This document shows, one piece after another, positions 14,073-25,965 of a stretch of 64,000 bases of DNA. The notes under the pieces are model-generated. The model worked only from the letters and a program-made list of their open reading frames with translations, ran no database searches and was not told where the DNA came from. The stretch covers positions 2,480,001 through 2,544,000 of the forward strand of contig JBLDXI010000042.1 in NCBI GenBank assembly GCA_047495785.1. The letters run 5' to 3'. Made by a program: the position numbers and the translations under genes. The stretch comes from Lepidodermella squamata (Eukaryota > Animalia > Gastrotricha). Each line of letters starts with the position of its first letter. The first letter of the stretch is position 1.

Positions 14073-15390
14073 TGTTAGGGATGGGCAATTATTAGTGAAT
14101 GGGCTACTATTGGAACAATTACAGTTAACCGAATATAATGCAGATACCCGAAGAAGAAAGCTTGTCAAAATTCAGCGTGATTTGCATAAGCAATCCATTG
14201 GCATTAGAAGGAGCCTCGAATCTCGAGTATGTTGGAATTTTTTACCGGTTTTCATGCCTGGGAAAACGTACATATTGCTGGTGAAAAATTCATGGAAGAA
14301 CTTGTTAGTTAGAGATAAAACTGAAGAAAAGCGAAGCGATTTCGATCAGTTTTTGATTCACAGTCCACTCTTCGGTTAGTTCTTTGACCATATCTCCGAA
14401 GAATTTTATGAGAGACAGTTCGAAACCTGTGGCTTGATCCCTTTCCGGTTTAATAAACATAATGAAACAATTTGTTTAATATGGTAATATGAAAATTTCG
14501 GTTTTAGCTGACCTTGAGTCAAAATTTCTTTTCACGATTAATCGACTCCTCAACGATCAAACGGTTAGCCCTTAGCTTTTTTCTTGGAGAGTCCTAAAAA
14601 CGCGAGGCCTAAAAATGTCGACCCATGGACGATTCGGAACCGCCCCGCGTGCCCGAGGCACTATAACAGCGATTCCCTAACTGTTGCACCTTGCAACGAC
14701 TGTTATATAGTTCTCGAAATTCTAACGGTCCCACAAAATAGGAACACTATGAGATTCCCAAGATTTCATGATATTTCTGCCGTAATCAAATCATAGAAAA
14801 ACCAACGAAATAAAAAAATAAAAAATAAGAAAAAAACGAAAAAAAGATTTGCGTCCGTCTGAACCGATGGGCTGGCTAAGGCGCACATTCACAAGCACTG
14901 TCCCGGTACCGCTCACCACGCACATCGTTAGGCTGCTTCCGTTAGGACCTGACCTTTGACGTGTCATTACGCAACCTGGGCAGCACGGCCTCCACCGCGC
15001 CGACCATGTTGATGGCGTACTTACACGGGGCGCTCGATCGACATGTGACATCCAGAGACAGGGCTCCCACCGGCCGGCCGTTCGGCAAGCCCGGCTCTCA
15101 AGTCGCTGAGTTACAGAAGCACGCCACTGCTTCCAGCCATTAGTTCTGTGCGCGAACGTGCTTTTGTAAGGCTTTTACAACAACACAACTGTTTATAACA
15201 GATGCACAGAATTAAAATGAGAAAATCTTTTGGACAATCTTTACTACAACATTTTTACAATCGTATCAAAATTTGCTAATGAAAGCCCTCCAAAGTCGCC
15301 AAGTCAAAGTCAAAATAACTGGTGAGAAACGAGAGCGCAAGATATCATCAATACATAAATACACACATCAATACTTAAATAATAAGAATA

Positions 15391-16582
15391 CCGTAACGCG
15401 CCCTAAATTTGGACACCCCAAATTTGGACACTTTGAGCTTTAGCCCCAAATATCAATTTGTGCATAACTGATAACAATTTGACAATTTCACTGAAAAATA
15501 GCTCCCTTCATGGGCTTTCCAACGGTACCAAATTTGCCAATACTTTCATGTACTATCGATTTGCGAAAAATTGCCGAAGCTCGATCACTCAGAAAGGTGT
15601 TTTGGGACCCCCCTTGCCAAATGCTCACCTGTGAACGGTTGGGGCTGAAATTTTTCTTGCACATAGGGATTTACCTAAACTAAATTCTGTAAAAAAATCT
15701 CGGCAGAAGGACAAGCCAATTTTGATACAGGTGACTTTGAATTTAGCCTCTAAATTTGGACACTTTTAATGATATTTTTATCTCTATGCATATGCAAACG
15801 AAATGTATGCTTTTTGTCAGTTTTTGAAAAGAATGGCATCGCATTGATAGAACCTTGGAATTAGCTTAATGACTCCCGGCCTAGGCTATGCTTTCATGAT
15901 TTCGGCTAGAGAGCATAGGGAATAATAATGTATCCGAATACAAATCCGACGGCGCCCAAGCTTTAACTAAACAGGTGAACAGCAGTTACCGGGACAAATG
16001 ACAGTTCACTTTCGGTAAAAAATTTCAATAGTTCAGCGATAAAGAAACTCCATGACTCATTCAAACCTCAACCCATGGTTTAACCTCAAACTGATATCCC
16101 TCCATCTACTTTCCAAGTGAGACTCGGTGCTTCAGAGACATTTTCACCTGGTTTATCATAGCTTCGAGAAGATTCATGGTTCATTAACGGTATTAGGAGC
16201 CTGGTGTATAATTGGTATTGCGTACTTTGCATTAAATCTGACGATGAGTGAATCCTATCGGTAGCATTATTTTAGTCTCAAGCGGCTACAAAAGTCGCCT
16301 TTAAAAACACGAGAAAAATTTCGCAACAAGAAATAAAATGTGTGTAAGGTCGAATTAGCATATGCAAATGAGGTGTCCAAATTTGGGAACGAGTGTCCAA
16401 ATTTAGAGGTTTCTTTACACATTTTTTTAAAATCAAGGTGAGCTTCTAAATTTTCCAAACTTCACCTGTCCACGCAGCTTCTTTGGGCGGAGGTTTGGCT
16501 ATTTTTTTCCATTTTTTTAGACGAAATCCGAATTTTTTTAAATTAAAAAAGGTGTTTTGTCCAAAGTTAGGACCCGTTACGG
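15391..16582. mobile_element. Non-autonomous pogo/Tc2-like DNA transposon (~1.19 kb)
   Basis: TA|CCGTAACGcGcCCTAAaTTTGGAC ... GTCCAAAgTTAGGaCcCGTTACGG|TA inverted termini with TA duplication; internal AAATTTGGACAC repeats at ~15406, 15420, 15752 and inverted at ~16373, 16393; no transposase ORF. Confidence 0.85.
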
Positions 16583-16703
16583 TACATTGAAATTAATTAA
16601 AAAATCCACCTCAATTTTAATTGTAAGCTTTTCGCTTCGAAAAACTCGTTTCACTCTTTTCCGTCATTTCTTAAACGCATTTCTTTGCCAAACACTTTCT
16701 GCC

Positions 16704-17264
16704 ATGATGGAGCACACGCTGAAAGATCTACCGAGCAAGTTTCAAGCGCTGGCTCAACGCGCAATGAACAACAAAGCTGAAGTTGGCTGGTTTGGCTTGC
16801 GTTATCTCGTGATCTGGTGCGTTTTTGTGCTCATCGACGTTGTTCGCAGCTTTTCCGAGGCAATTTTCGTCACCATTCTAATCGGCTGCTGCGGCTACGC
16901 GATTCTCAAGAACCTGAACCCAAACCACCTGTTTATTACCGAGATTAATCACTTAGCTAAAACCGTGACCGATATGGCCGTGGCGATCCAACCAGCCTTT
17001 CAATTCATCGCACCTCTTTTCATGCGCATGCTGCATCTCATCGGCTTCGATAACAACAAACCGTCGATCATCTTCATGTTCGGCCTCGCCCTCGTCGGCC
17101 GCTACTTCGCTCCAGTTTGGACGGTCATCAACAGCTTGCATCTCATCGATCTACTTCACCTTGCTCTGGCTGGATACGCGACTTACAAACAAGCTCCTGC
17201 AAACCACGTCAATTCTCAACACGAAAATGGCAACCACAACGAGCAGGCACATCATGATGATTGA
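16704..17264 (+). CDS. Small multi-pass membrane protein of unknown function (186 aa from ATG 16704)
   Basis: Single ORF with several hydrophobic segments, coding-like codon use and a His/Asn-rich C-tail; downstream AATAAA. Confidence 0.6.
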   Translation: MMEHTLKDLPSKFQALAQRAMNNKAEVGWFGLRYLVIWCVFVLIDVVRSFSEAIFVTILIGCCGYAILKNLNPNHLFITEINHLAKTVTDMAVAIQPAFQFIAPLFMRMLHLIGFDNNKPSIIFMFGLALVGRYFAPVWTVINSLHLIDLLHLALAGYATYKQAPANHVNSQHENGNHNEQAHHDD

Positions 17265-17586
17265 AACGAGCTTGAGTTTTATTAAAATTCAAAACCTTTC
17301 ATTTGGCAAGCTATAAAGAGGTGAAACCTTCCATAATCAAAATTCGTTGTTACAACTTATAACCACCGCCAATACGACAATTGTTTCAAAATAAAATTGA
17401 TTGATAAAACTTGTTTTTTGAATGTTATTGACTAAAGATAGTATTAAGGTAAAATAAGACAATGAAAATATAGACCATTGATTTCGACTAGAATGTCAAT
17501 GACAGCAATTTTAAGGCAAATATTGCCAGCCTAGAAGAATTCGTATAAGAAAGATGTTGTTAGCAAAAGAATTATTTCAAAGTTTT

Positions 17587-19872
17587 TCAGGTTCTGATAG
17601 CAAGAATGTATGCACCGATTGTTATCAGGATGGCCAACGGGTAATGACTAGAGCTCCAAGTTGTTGCCTTGCTCACAGCAGCTGCTCTTTCAGCGTTGAA
17701 CCAATGCCTTACTTCCCGTTCGAGCAATTTTAACGGCAACGGTCCGTTTCGAAGCACTGCATGGTGGAAGTCTCGAATGTCAAACTTATCTGGAAACCAT
17801 TAAATAATTAAATAATTAAAAATTAGCCAAGCAATCTCACCTCCTAAAGCGTTCATAGCAGCTTCTCGGAGACGTTTAATGGCGATTTCGCCAACTTTAT
17901 AGCCCAAAGCTTGACCAGGCCAAGTGGAATACCGATCGATTTCAAGGGCAACATCCGCCAAATCGACGCCAGTGTTGTTGTGCATGTATTCAATAGCTCT
18001 TTCTCGGGTCCAGTTGTAGTAGTGGAGACCAGAATCTACGACTAAACGGCAGGCTCGGAACATTTCCCAAGATAAAACACCGAATCTGGTTGGCAGCAAT
18101 GATTTAAAATTTGCTAAATCATCATTTAGGGCGACTTACATATCGGTATCATTTTGCAAAACATCCATGTATTCGGAATAGCCGAGTGATTCAGCATACA
18201 AGGCCCAGCCCTCGACGTAGGCGTTGTGGAAGGGAAACATCACGGGAACAGCGTAGGTGTTGGCGTACTCGGGTTGGCGACGGAAGTCAGGTAGCGATAA
18301 TTCAAGCGACATGGCGAACTGAAGATGGTGACCGGGATTAGCCTCGTGTAACGACAATGACAGCATCGTATACAGGGGCCGCTGATTCGCTCGCTGAGTA
18401 TTTATGAAAAATCGACCAGTTCCATTGCCCGAACCTTAACATCCAAGGTAAAATCTTGAAACAATTCGTCATTGAAAATCCTTACCATACATTCCTTCCG
18501 GACCATCGAATCCCAGAGGGACAACCCTGTAATTAAGTAAAGTTTATTGTAAGTTTATTGATCCTGATTCAAGACTAACTCGATAGGTGCGGTGGGTATA
18601 TCATAGTTATGGAAGACTTTGTGTAGGGTAGGATTGACAACTTCCTCGATGAGCCATCTGTGGCGGCTCAGTAAATCCGCCTCATTTTTAGCCCGAGCCG
18701 AAGGGTCTGCTTTGAGCTTTTGCGAAAATTCGACGATAGACGTAGTCGCTGTGCCGCCGTTGCGCAGAATTATTTTCCTCATATTTTCACTGATTCGGTC
18801 TACTTCGCTTAGGCCGAGTTGGTGGATGTCTTCCGGGGACAAGGGCAGCGAGGTGTGCCACTTTATCGCAGCTTTGTAAAACGAGTGATCAGGGTCCCAT
18901 TCTACTACACCAGGCATTTTTCGGCAGTTCGGCAAGTATTCCTAAAAATGAAGGTTTGAATGAAAGAAATGCTGCGAATCTTCATCTAAGAGCCTACATT
19001 AATGAGGAATTTCTGCATTCGAAGGAATCCCGGATAGACAACGTTAACTATTGCGTAGCGAATTTGAGCTTCAAGATCTTGTTTAGTAACCAAATTTATT
19101 CGGTCGCTTTCCTCCAGAACGCCCAAGTAGGGTTCCAAAGTCTGTCTAACAGCCTCGGAAGTATTAACAGATTCAACTGCACTGTCCATAGTTGGGATTA
19201 GCCGTTTCTAAACATGAAATTAATTCACAAATATTTCAAATATTTTTTAACGTACGATAGACATTTCGTAATAGGTTCGTTTCAAAGCGATCGATCGCCG
19301 CATCAAAGTTTCAATTTGAATGCCTTGAACCCGCCAGGAATTTAGCACAGTCAAAAAAGCTCGAAAACTCAGCTCGCTGTTCGGAATCGGGGTCCATAGG
19401 CCAAGAATTGAAAACCAGCCGGTTTCCAAGAAATTCAAAGGGTTCAAATTGCCGTAGCTGGGAAAAGGTGAAAAATTCAATTTTTTTATGAGAAAAATTA
19501 ATCCTATTACTTTCTGAAGCTTTCAGCCCCGTCAATATAGGTTACGAGAGAATGTTCGAGGACGTCATACGTGAGTCGATCTTCGTGTGACAACTGATCC
19601 CGATCAATCATAGCCAGCGAAGCAAGGAATCCTCTGCAAATAATTTGGCGGTGTTGGTAAATTCCATAATCGTAACTGACAACGTGGTGATCAAAGAGAT
19701 GTATGTTGAAGGTGGGTCCATAGTCCGGGCTGTTTTCCAAGCGCCATCGTTCGAACGCTGCTACGACAGCTTGTAAGGCTTCGGTGTCCTTATTGCCTTT
19801 CCTCAGATTGGCGAAGACTTCTCCAGTGATTATTAGGGCGAGTAGAAATACGAAAATCGTGGCGAAATTCAT
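17587..19872 (-). CDS. DUF885-family putative zinc metallopeptidase with signal peptide and GPI-like C-terminus; about 8 exons
   Basis: [73 protein letters not shown] and [18 protein letters not shown] are DUF885 hallmarks; N-terminus [15 protein letters not shown]; hydrophobic end [17 protein letters not shown]. Confidence 0.88.
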
Positions 19873-21483
19873 GTTAATTTTTTGGCAGTCAGGAGTGTGG
19901 GTCTCTACTCAACGTCGCGGTAGCAGCAGCACCTAGCATAGTTTATTTTCACCGATGTTTTCGAATGCGAAGTTGATGATTATATTTGGCAAAACAACTA
20001 TAGCGGCCGACGCACCACCACAGACGCAGAATAAATCCAAGACCAGGTTTTATCGAAGCGTAACGCCGGTTTTGTTATTCTATAACAATGAATTGGCAAT
20101 GAAGTGTACGACGGCGGCCGGTTCCAGTTCGGTTTTTTTGTTGCTGCTAACAAATTCCTCAATGAATTGCCAATTATCTGGCTCGTATCGTTTCGACCTC
20201 GCGGGCCTCGATTACTTATTAAATAAGTTAACGCTCGAGTCGGTGTAGCGATAATGTAAATCTTTATCCGTGACTACTATATAGCATTATACCATATCGC
20301 TGTTTCGCTTTGAAAAGTGCCGCAAAAAGGCACGTTCGCCGGCCGAAAAATGCGCGCTCATTTAACAATATAATACGGGCACATGGTTTCAAAACCAAAT
20401 CATGTTATTAAAAATTATGCGCTCTATTACGAGTAGATAATACATTATCATTACAAACCAAAATAGGTTCGACGTTTTTAAAAGTGCCCGGGGTGATATA
20501 CGAGTGGGAGCGGTTGGTTATTTTACGCTACTATTTGTGTATTACTTTATGATATATAAGTATAATAATAACACGATCACCCTGGTGCGAGATGCTATCG
20601 GCGCCGAAAAACAACGGCGCCACGGCGAAAGTAACCAACAAATAATAATGTGTAGCCAAATTATTTACAGCCAGATATTATACGGCAAAAGAGCACGTAT
20701 CCAGGCTATGATATGCATTCTCACAATAAAAATAATATATCTCAAGACTGATTTAGCTTTCGCGATATATGTACTGCCACGCGCTATATAACCAAAAGCG
20801 TGGTATATCTGCGAAGTATATCTTTTCGGGCGCGCGCATTATACACGGCCGCCATAATTTAATGTAATAAATGAGACGCGATGGCGCGATTACGGTCGCC
20901 TTGTTGCCTTTCGCAAAAATTATTCATTCACTTCATTTTCAGGCTGGACATACTCGGCTTTGTTTTTCGGTATGCAACAATAAAATAATATGACGCCGCG
21001 CATGTATTTTGCTCACGGAAGGAGGAACTTAAATGTCTGGAGAAGCATCTACTTTTAGCTGATCGAAACGAGGCGAAAACTAAGTGATGCGTGAATTCGA
21101 AATTTTAACTCATCTATAACTGCGAGATGAAAAAGATCCAGCAATATATAAATGCGCTGAATAAATATGGTCCAGGCTTCGCCGATGGCGCTGAAAGCTT
21201 TTTGCATCTATTGTTCTGTCCCGAAATTTGTAGGTCATACTGTTATACCTATAATTGAACACACAGACGTTGCTTAGCCGCAATAACTCCCACGCAGGCA
21301 TAATATCATGTCCTCCAGCGCAATTATTCCGCATGATGATAGTTGAATTATTTTCCTCGAAAGGTTTACATGGTGATGTTAGGTTATATTAACGAACTTA
21401 TCGCACGAAAATATACACAAAAATACATTTATTTGGTCCTAAATTCATTACGGAAAAATCATTTTACAACAATCGAACGTCTG

Positions 21484-23945
21484 TTATGATGACCTGACGT
21501 GTAAATGTGTCTGAAAGGGGTTCAAATTTTTCCTGATTACATCGAAATTTACCAAAGCCAGGTTTATAGCAGCTATAATGCTCAATTCAATGGTAAGAAT
21601 TGACCTCTGAACCATTGGCGAATCTTTCGATGCAGCTAATGCCATTACAGAGGCAATGATAAGTATCGCGTTATTGCCAGCTGTTATACACAGGCGGAGT
21701 AGATTGCTGCGGTTGACATGGCCTTCGATCAGGTTGCGTTTTGGGTACCAGAACAGCAAGAAGTATATCAGCACGACTACATGTAGGAGAGACAAAGCTA
21801 AAGACCAGTCGAACAGAGACATTGAAACGCACAGGGATTCAACGATCGTTGTTTGAGTATCGGTTACATCATCATAGCTATCCTCTCGGTACGACGTAAC
21901 AATTCGAGGCGCATCAGAACTCATCCATCCTATTAGAGCGATGATGTTGGCGGAGAGGAAACACAGGCTGAAGGTGAAATTCTTTGCTGAATAGCTTAGT
22001 TGAGGATCATCCGGAGCTTGTTCAATGATATCTAATGAGAATTGGACATCAGCGATTCGATTTTGAGAATAATGAGAAAATGAAGACGAGTTTGTCCGAT
22101 CCTCTTCACGATGACTGGGCTGATGTAGCAGTCCTTTGATAGCAGAAAACCGGATAATAAGGTTGGAATGCAGGCAGCTAAGCGCTATTACGGCCAAGCA
22201 AACATCGAATTGGCATTTGATCGATGTCTCACTGCCGATGGAAAACAGGGTGGAGCTTAGACAAGTCATAGTGGTGCCGAGAAGGTAGATAAGCATCATC
22301 AACTTATCTGACCCATTTTTTGTCCGGCTTCTCAGCAGAAGGAGATTAGCAATTACAATGAGGATATTCAGTAAGCCGAAAAACCCTATTATACCGGTAG
22401 GAACTTGGGCCCGAACAACGTTCACCAACTTGTCATCACGTGGCGCATTGCCGTCAGGTGTAGACCATCTCAATTTTTGCAGAGGACTTATCGCCACAGA
22501 CGACAAATTGTTGAAATCTTCAAGTTGCATTTTGAAGTATGCCTGGAAGCCGTTACTCTGTTTCCAGTAGACTACATATTGGGTTTCGTAATCAGTCTCC
22601 AGCCTGGCAGAATATCGAACTCTTCCAACCCGAAGACCTTTGAAATCTACCGACCCTGCGGTTGAGTTGACGATTTTCATTACAAAATCCGGCCTTGTCT
22701 TGTAGTCTAGTAAGGAACTGTTCTGCTTTTTCAAGGCCTTTTCACCTAAATCCAGCACGAGTGCGGTTTGGGTGAAGACATCGAAGCAAACATGCCTCCG
22801 ATCGTAGTCAGCGCCTCTCCCGGAATTGGTGAAGTTGTCAAATAGCTGCTCAAATTCCTCAAGATCTGGCCCTAACGCAGTAGGTCCGTGATTCTCCATA
22901 GCTATAGAGGTCAGGCCAAGCCAGTAAGTTATACTCATTTGTTCAATAACCATTTGTCGGTTGCAACTACGAGGAAAGTTCTCGATTGTGAGAGGATCTA
23001 AAGCTTGTTGATTTGGCATGAGAAAAGCATATCTAGAACCCGTAACACCAACCCTGTGAGCATTACAAAGAAAGAGTAGGGCTGACGTAGCGTCAACAAC
23101 TTCCAAAACGACAATGCGGATTCCAGCAGCCAGCGCTGAAGCCATAAAAGATTCCTCTATGTCGATGACTGTGTTGAAATACGCAACGTTTATGCCAGCC
23201 TGCAGGCTCTGCCGGTACATTTCCGTTCCGGTTAAAATGTTTTGAGGACTGCCAGCATGCAGGAGGATGGCGATACGATTCCAGCCAGCTATCCTTTTGA
23301 TGAAGGCGACTCGAACGGGAATAGCGAGCTCGCCGCTAACTCTTGATCGGTAGAAATTCGGGTAAATGTCACGCTTAGCCGTGAAAATGAACGGCGAGTT
23401 GCAAGAAACGGCTACTGTCAACATGTTAAGATGATGGACTAATGGGGCGGTTCTCTACAAAACAAACCATGCTTGTAGCTCGGTGATTCATCTAAATTCA
23501 AACCTGGCAACCTGGCGTATAAGTTGGGCCGATAAAAACAGGTGAGAATACGTGGGAAGCGTTAGCCATCCAGAACTTGTCGTGAAAATTAAGAGCTGAA
23601 CTTGGCGAAAGGACACTATTCAAGCCTTCATCTTGAAATTCCAGCTCGACATGATAATCTGGCAAAATTGCCGGGTTTTTGTTCAACAGCTGCCTAGCTA
23701 AATCCATTGCAGCTCGACAATACTTTCCTAATAAATCGTCACCAATGAAATACTACGAACTTTTTATGCAAGTTATTCAAACCATTTCTCGGCAATGCTC
23801 CTGTTATAGGAATGTTGGCTAGCATTAACAATCGGATAGGTTTCAATTGGCCTGTCGCTTGCGCCACAGCTATTACTACTCGATATTTGACGAAAACGCT
23901 AATACAAGTTACCACAGCAAGAGCAGCCCCGACGTTCGACTTCAT
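21484..23945 (-). CDS. Divergent GABA-B-receptor-like class C GPCR (Venus flytrap + 7TM); 3 exons
   Basis: N-terminal hydrophobic leader, MDLARQLLNKNPAILPDYHVEL, FIGPTYTPGC, RDIYPNFYR, GWNRIAIL, then about 7 hydrophobic helices with no cysteine-rich domain. Confidence 0.75.
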
Positions 23946-24608
23946 GTTGCTACGATTAGAAATGACTTTTAGGGCGAAATTCACTCGCATAGTTCTGTGA
24001 AGCGTATTTACGCGATTTAATCCGGCCAATTTAAAGACTGCTAATGAAACTGAATCGCCTCAAAATTGAAAGCGCATGAGTACGGGGTTGTCTTAAATGA
24101 CCGAACCTCCTCCACAAACATTAAAATGTTAGCTGTTAGCTTATTGTCAAAGTCTGACAAGTGCAATTCTCCGCTTTCTGAAAGTTCTTCATCAATCAAG
24201 CTGAAACATGTTTGTTTCGAAAGCGATCAAAGGGCTGAAACCAATCACACCGCTAGAGAAAATGTGACACTGTTATACCATACCAAATGCCTGTGTAGGA
24301 TGCCATCAATCCCCAGGTTTCAGTTTATTTGGTAACTCCTTTTTGTGTTTTCGTGTTTCGGGACACATTACCCTTTACCCTTTACCCTTTACAGCAATGT
24401 CTCTACAATTATTTATTCATTGACTTGGAAATATTTCAAGCAAATGAGTTGTGAGAAGCGCAGCGCGGTGTTATATTGAGGCTGAATGAATGGAAATCGG
24501 TTACTATTGAGACACTGCTAGCAGTCCTGTTTGGTACAAGTGCACTCTCCCTGGTCGTTTTTTTGTAATTAATTTCAATAAAACCTGTCTTAGCATAATC
24601 ACGGCAAA

Positions 24609-24887
24609 ATGGCTACCTTTCGAGTCAGAGTCAACGCAGAACGCTGCCCTCGAGAGATTCGAGGCGATCGGCCTGTCAAAGATTTAGTCGCTGAGCTATT
24701 AGGCGACCCCTACAGCTTCACGCTTCACGAAATGTCAACAATTGTCGACGAAAAAGGTCACTTGCAGACCGGATTTTTCCCTATCGAAGGCCAGGAAGCC
24801 TTATTCCTGTCAACGGCAGCCGACGCTCGGCTCAACATTCTCGCTGTCAATGAACACACGCGTAAAACAATTTATCTGCAATTCTGA
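24609..24887 (+). CDS. Putative small 92-aa protein, unknown function
   Basis: ATG in good context (aaaATGG), globular-looking sequence, AATAAA at ~24965; no family recognised. Confidence 0.4.
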   Translation: MATFRVRVNAERCPREIRGDRPVKDLVAELLGDPYSFTLHEMSTIVDEKGHLQTGFFPIEGQEALFLSTAADARLNILAVNEHTRKTIYLQF

Positions 24888-25059
24888 ACTGATGCGCGAA
24901 ATAGCTCAGGGTGAAACTCCCTGCCGAAGACAGATGAAAGAGAACTGTCGGCATTTCCCTCACAAATAAAAACCTCAATTTGAATAAGCAACAAGACGCG
25001 TTTTATTGTTGTATTAATACATAATCACAATAACAGGTAAAATCACAGAGTTTTTTGTG

Positions 25060-25836
25060 TTAGATTTCAACGGCCTGTTCGCAGTGGCGCAGAAAGCACG
25101 TCTGGCAAATGAACGGTTCACTTCGACAGCCAGCGCAGAAGTATCGCGTCAGCACACTTTCCGTCAACGTTGCGCTGACATTGAAACCAAGAGACAGCGC
25201 ATTCGCTAGGCACAAACGGCACGGCGATGTCAAATCGTCCGAATCCGTCATTTCCAACTTGTGCTCTTTCGGCTCGCGATTGTTGAACGTTGATGAATCA
25301 GCGGCTGAATTACTGTAAAATTCTGTCAACATTTCTTCGTTGTCAATTGTCGACCGTTCCGCGGAGATGGACAGCATCGGAACCATCGAGTTCATCAAAT
25401 CTTCGTAGGATGGATTTTCCGGATCGTCATTGCTAGTGTTTGGCCCCTGCTCTTCGTAGATGGTCTCGAAACCGTCGTAGCCATCGCCGCGATCTGACAT
25501 AGTTTGCGACAAAATTTCAGCCCCGCGAAGGTTCGAAAAACTTCGATGTCGTTTTCTAGACGGGGAGGAGAGCACTGAAGGGGTAGATTGCGTTTGTTTA
25601 TCTACGAGAATCTCCAAGTTCCGCTTCCTGAAGTTTGGCCCAATTTCCACATTTTCGGTCACATTTTGAGCAGCTGGATTAGGGCTTAGATTTAACTCCA
25701 ATAAGTACTCGGACACCGTTTTTCGAGGCGATGCGAGGCCTGGATCTCGAGCTCTGTCGTGTGAAATCAAATGATGCGTGAAGCGAGACGAATTATTCGA
25801 AAAAAAGTTGCAAGAGTCACAGCGATAACGCGCCAT
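25060..25836 (-). CDS. Array gene A: N-terminal C2H2 finger + 1 piggyBac-type cysteine-rich domain (CRD)
   Basis: MARYRCDSCNFFSNNSSRFTHHLISH; HKL..PCRLC..TRYFCAGCRSEPFICQTCFLRH. Confidence 0.8.
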   Translation of the reverse strand: MARYRCDSCNFFSNNSSRFTHHLISHDRARDPGLASPRKTVSEYLLELNLSPNPAAQNVTENVEIGPNFRKRNLEILVDKQTQSTPSVLSSPSRKRHRSFSNLRGAEILSQTMSDRGDGYDGFETIYEEQGPNTSNDDPENPSYEDLMNSMVPMLSISAERSTIDNEEMLTEFYSNSAADSSTFNNREPKEHKLEMTDSDDLTSPCRLCLANALSLGFNVSATLTESVLTRYFCAGCRSEPFICQTCFLRHCEQAVEI

Positions 25837-25965
25837 TTTAAATTCGAAAAACAACTAAAATTCTAAAAAAAACACAGCCGAAAAATTAAGGGGGATTTTT
25901 TATTTTATTAACTCTCATAAATTAATTTTTTCGCAGCTAGGAAAAATAAAATGAAATATCAAAAT

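Noticed and set aside
24369-24390. (TACCCTT)3 telomere-like repeat
   Set aside because: Only three units and not a recognised telomere motif.
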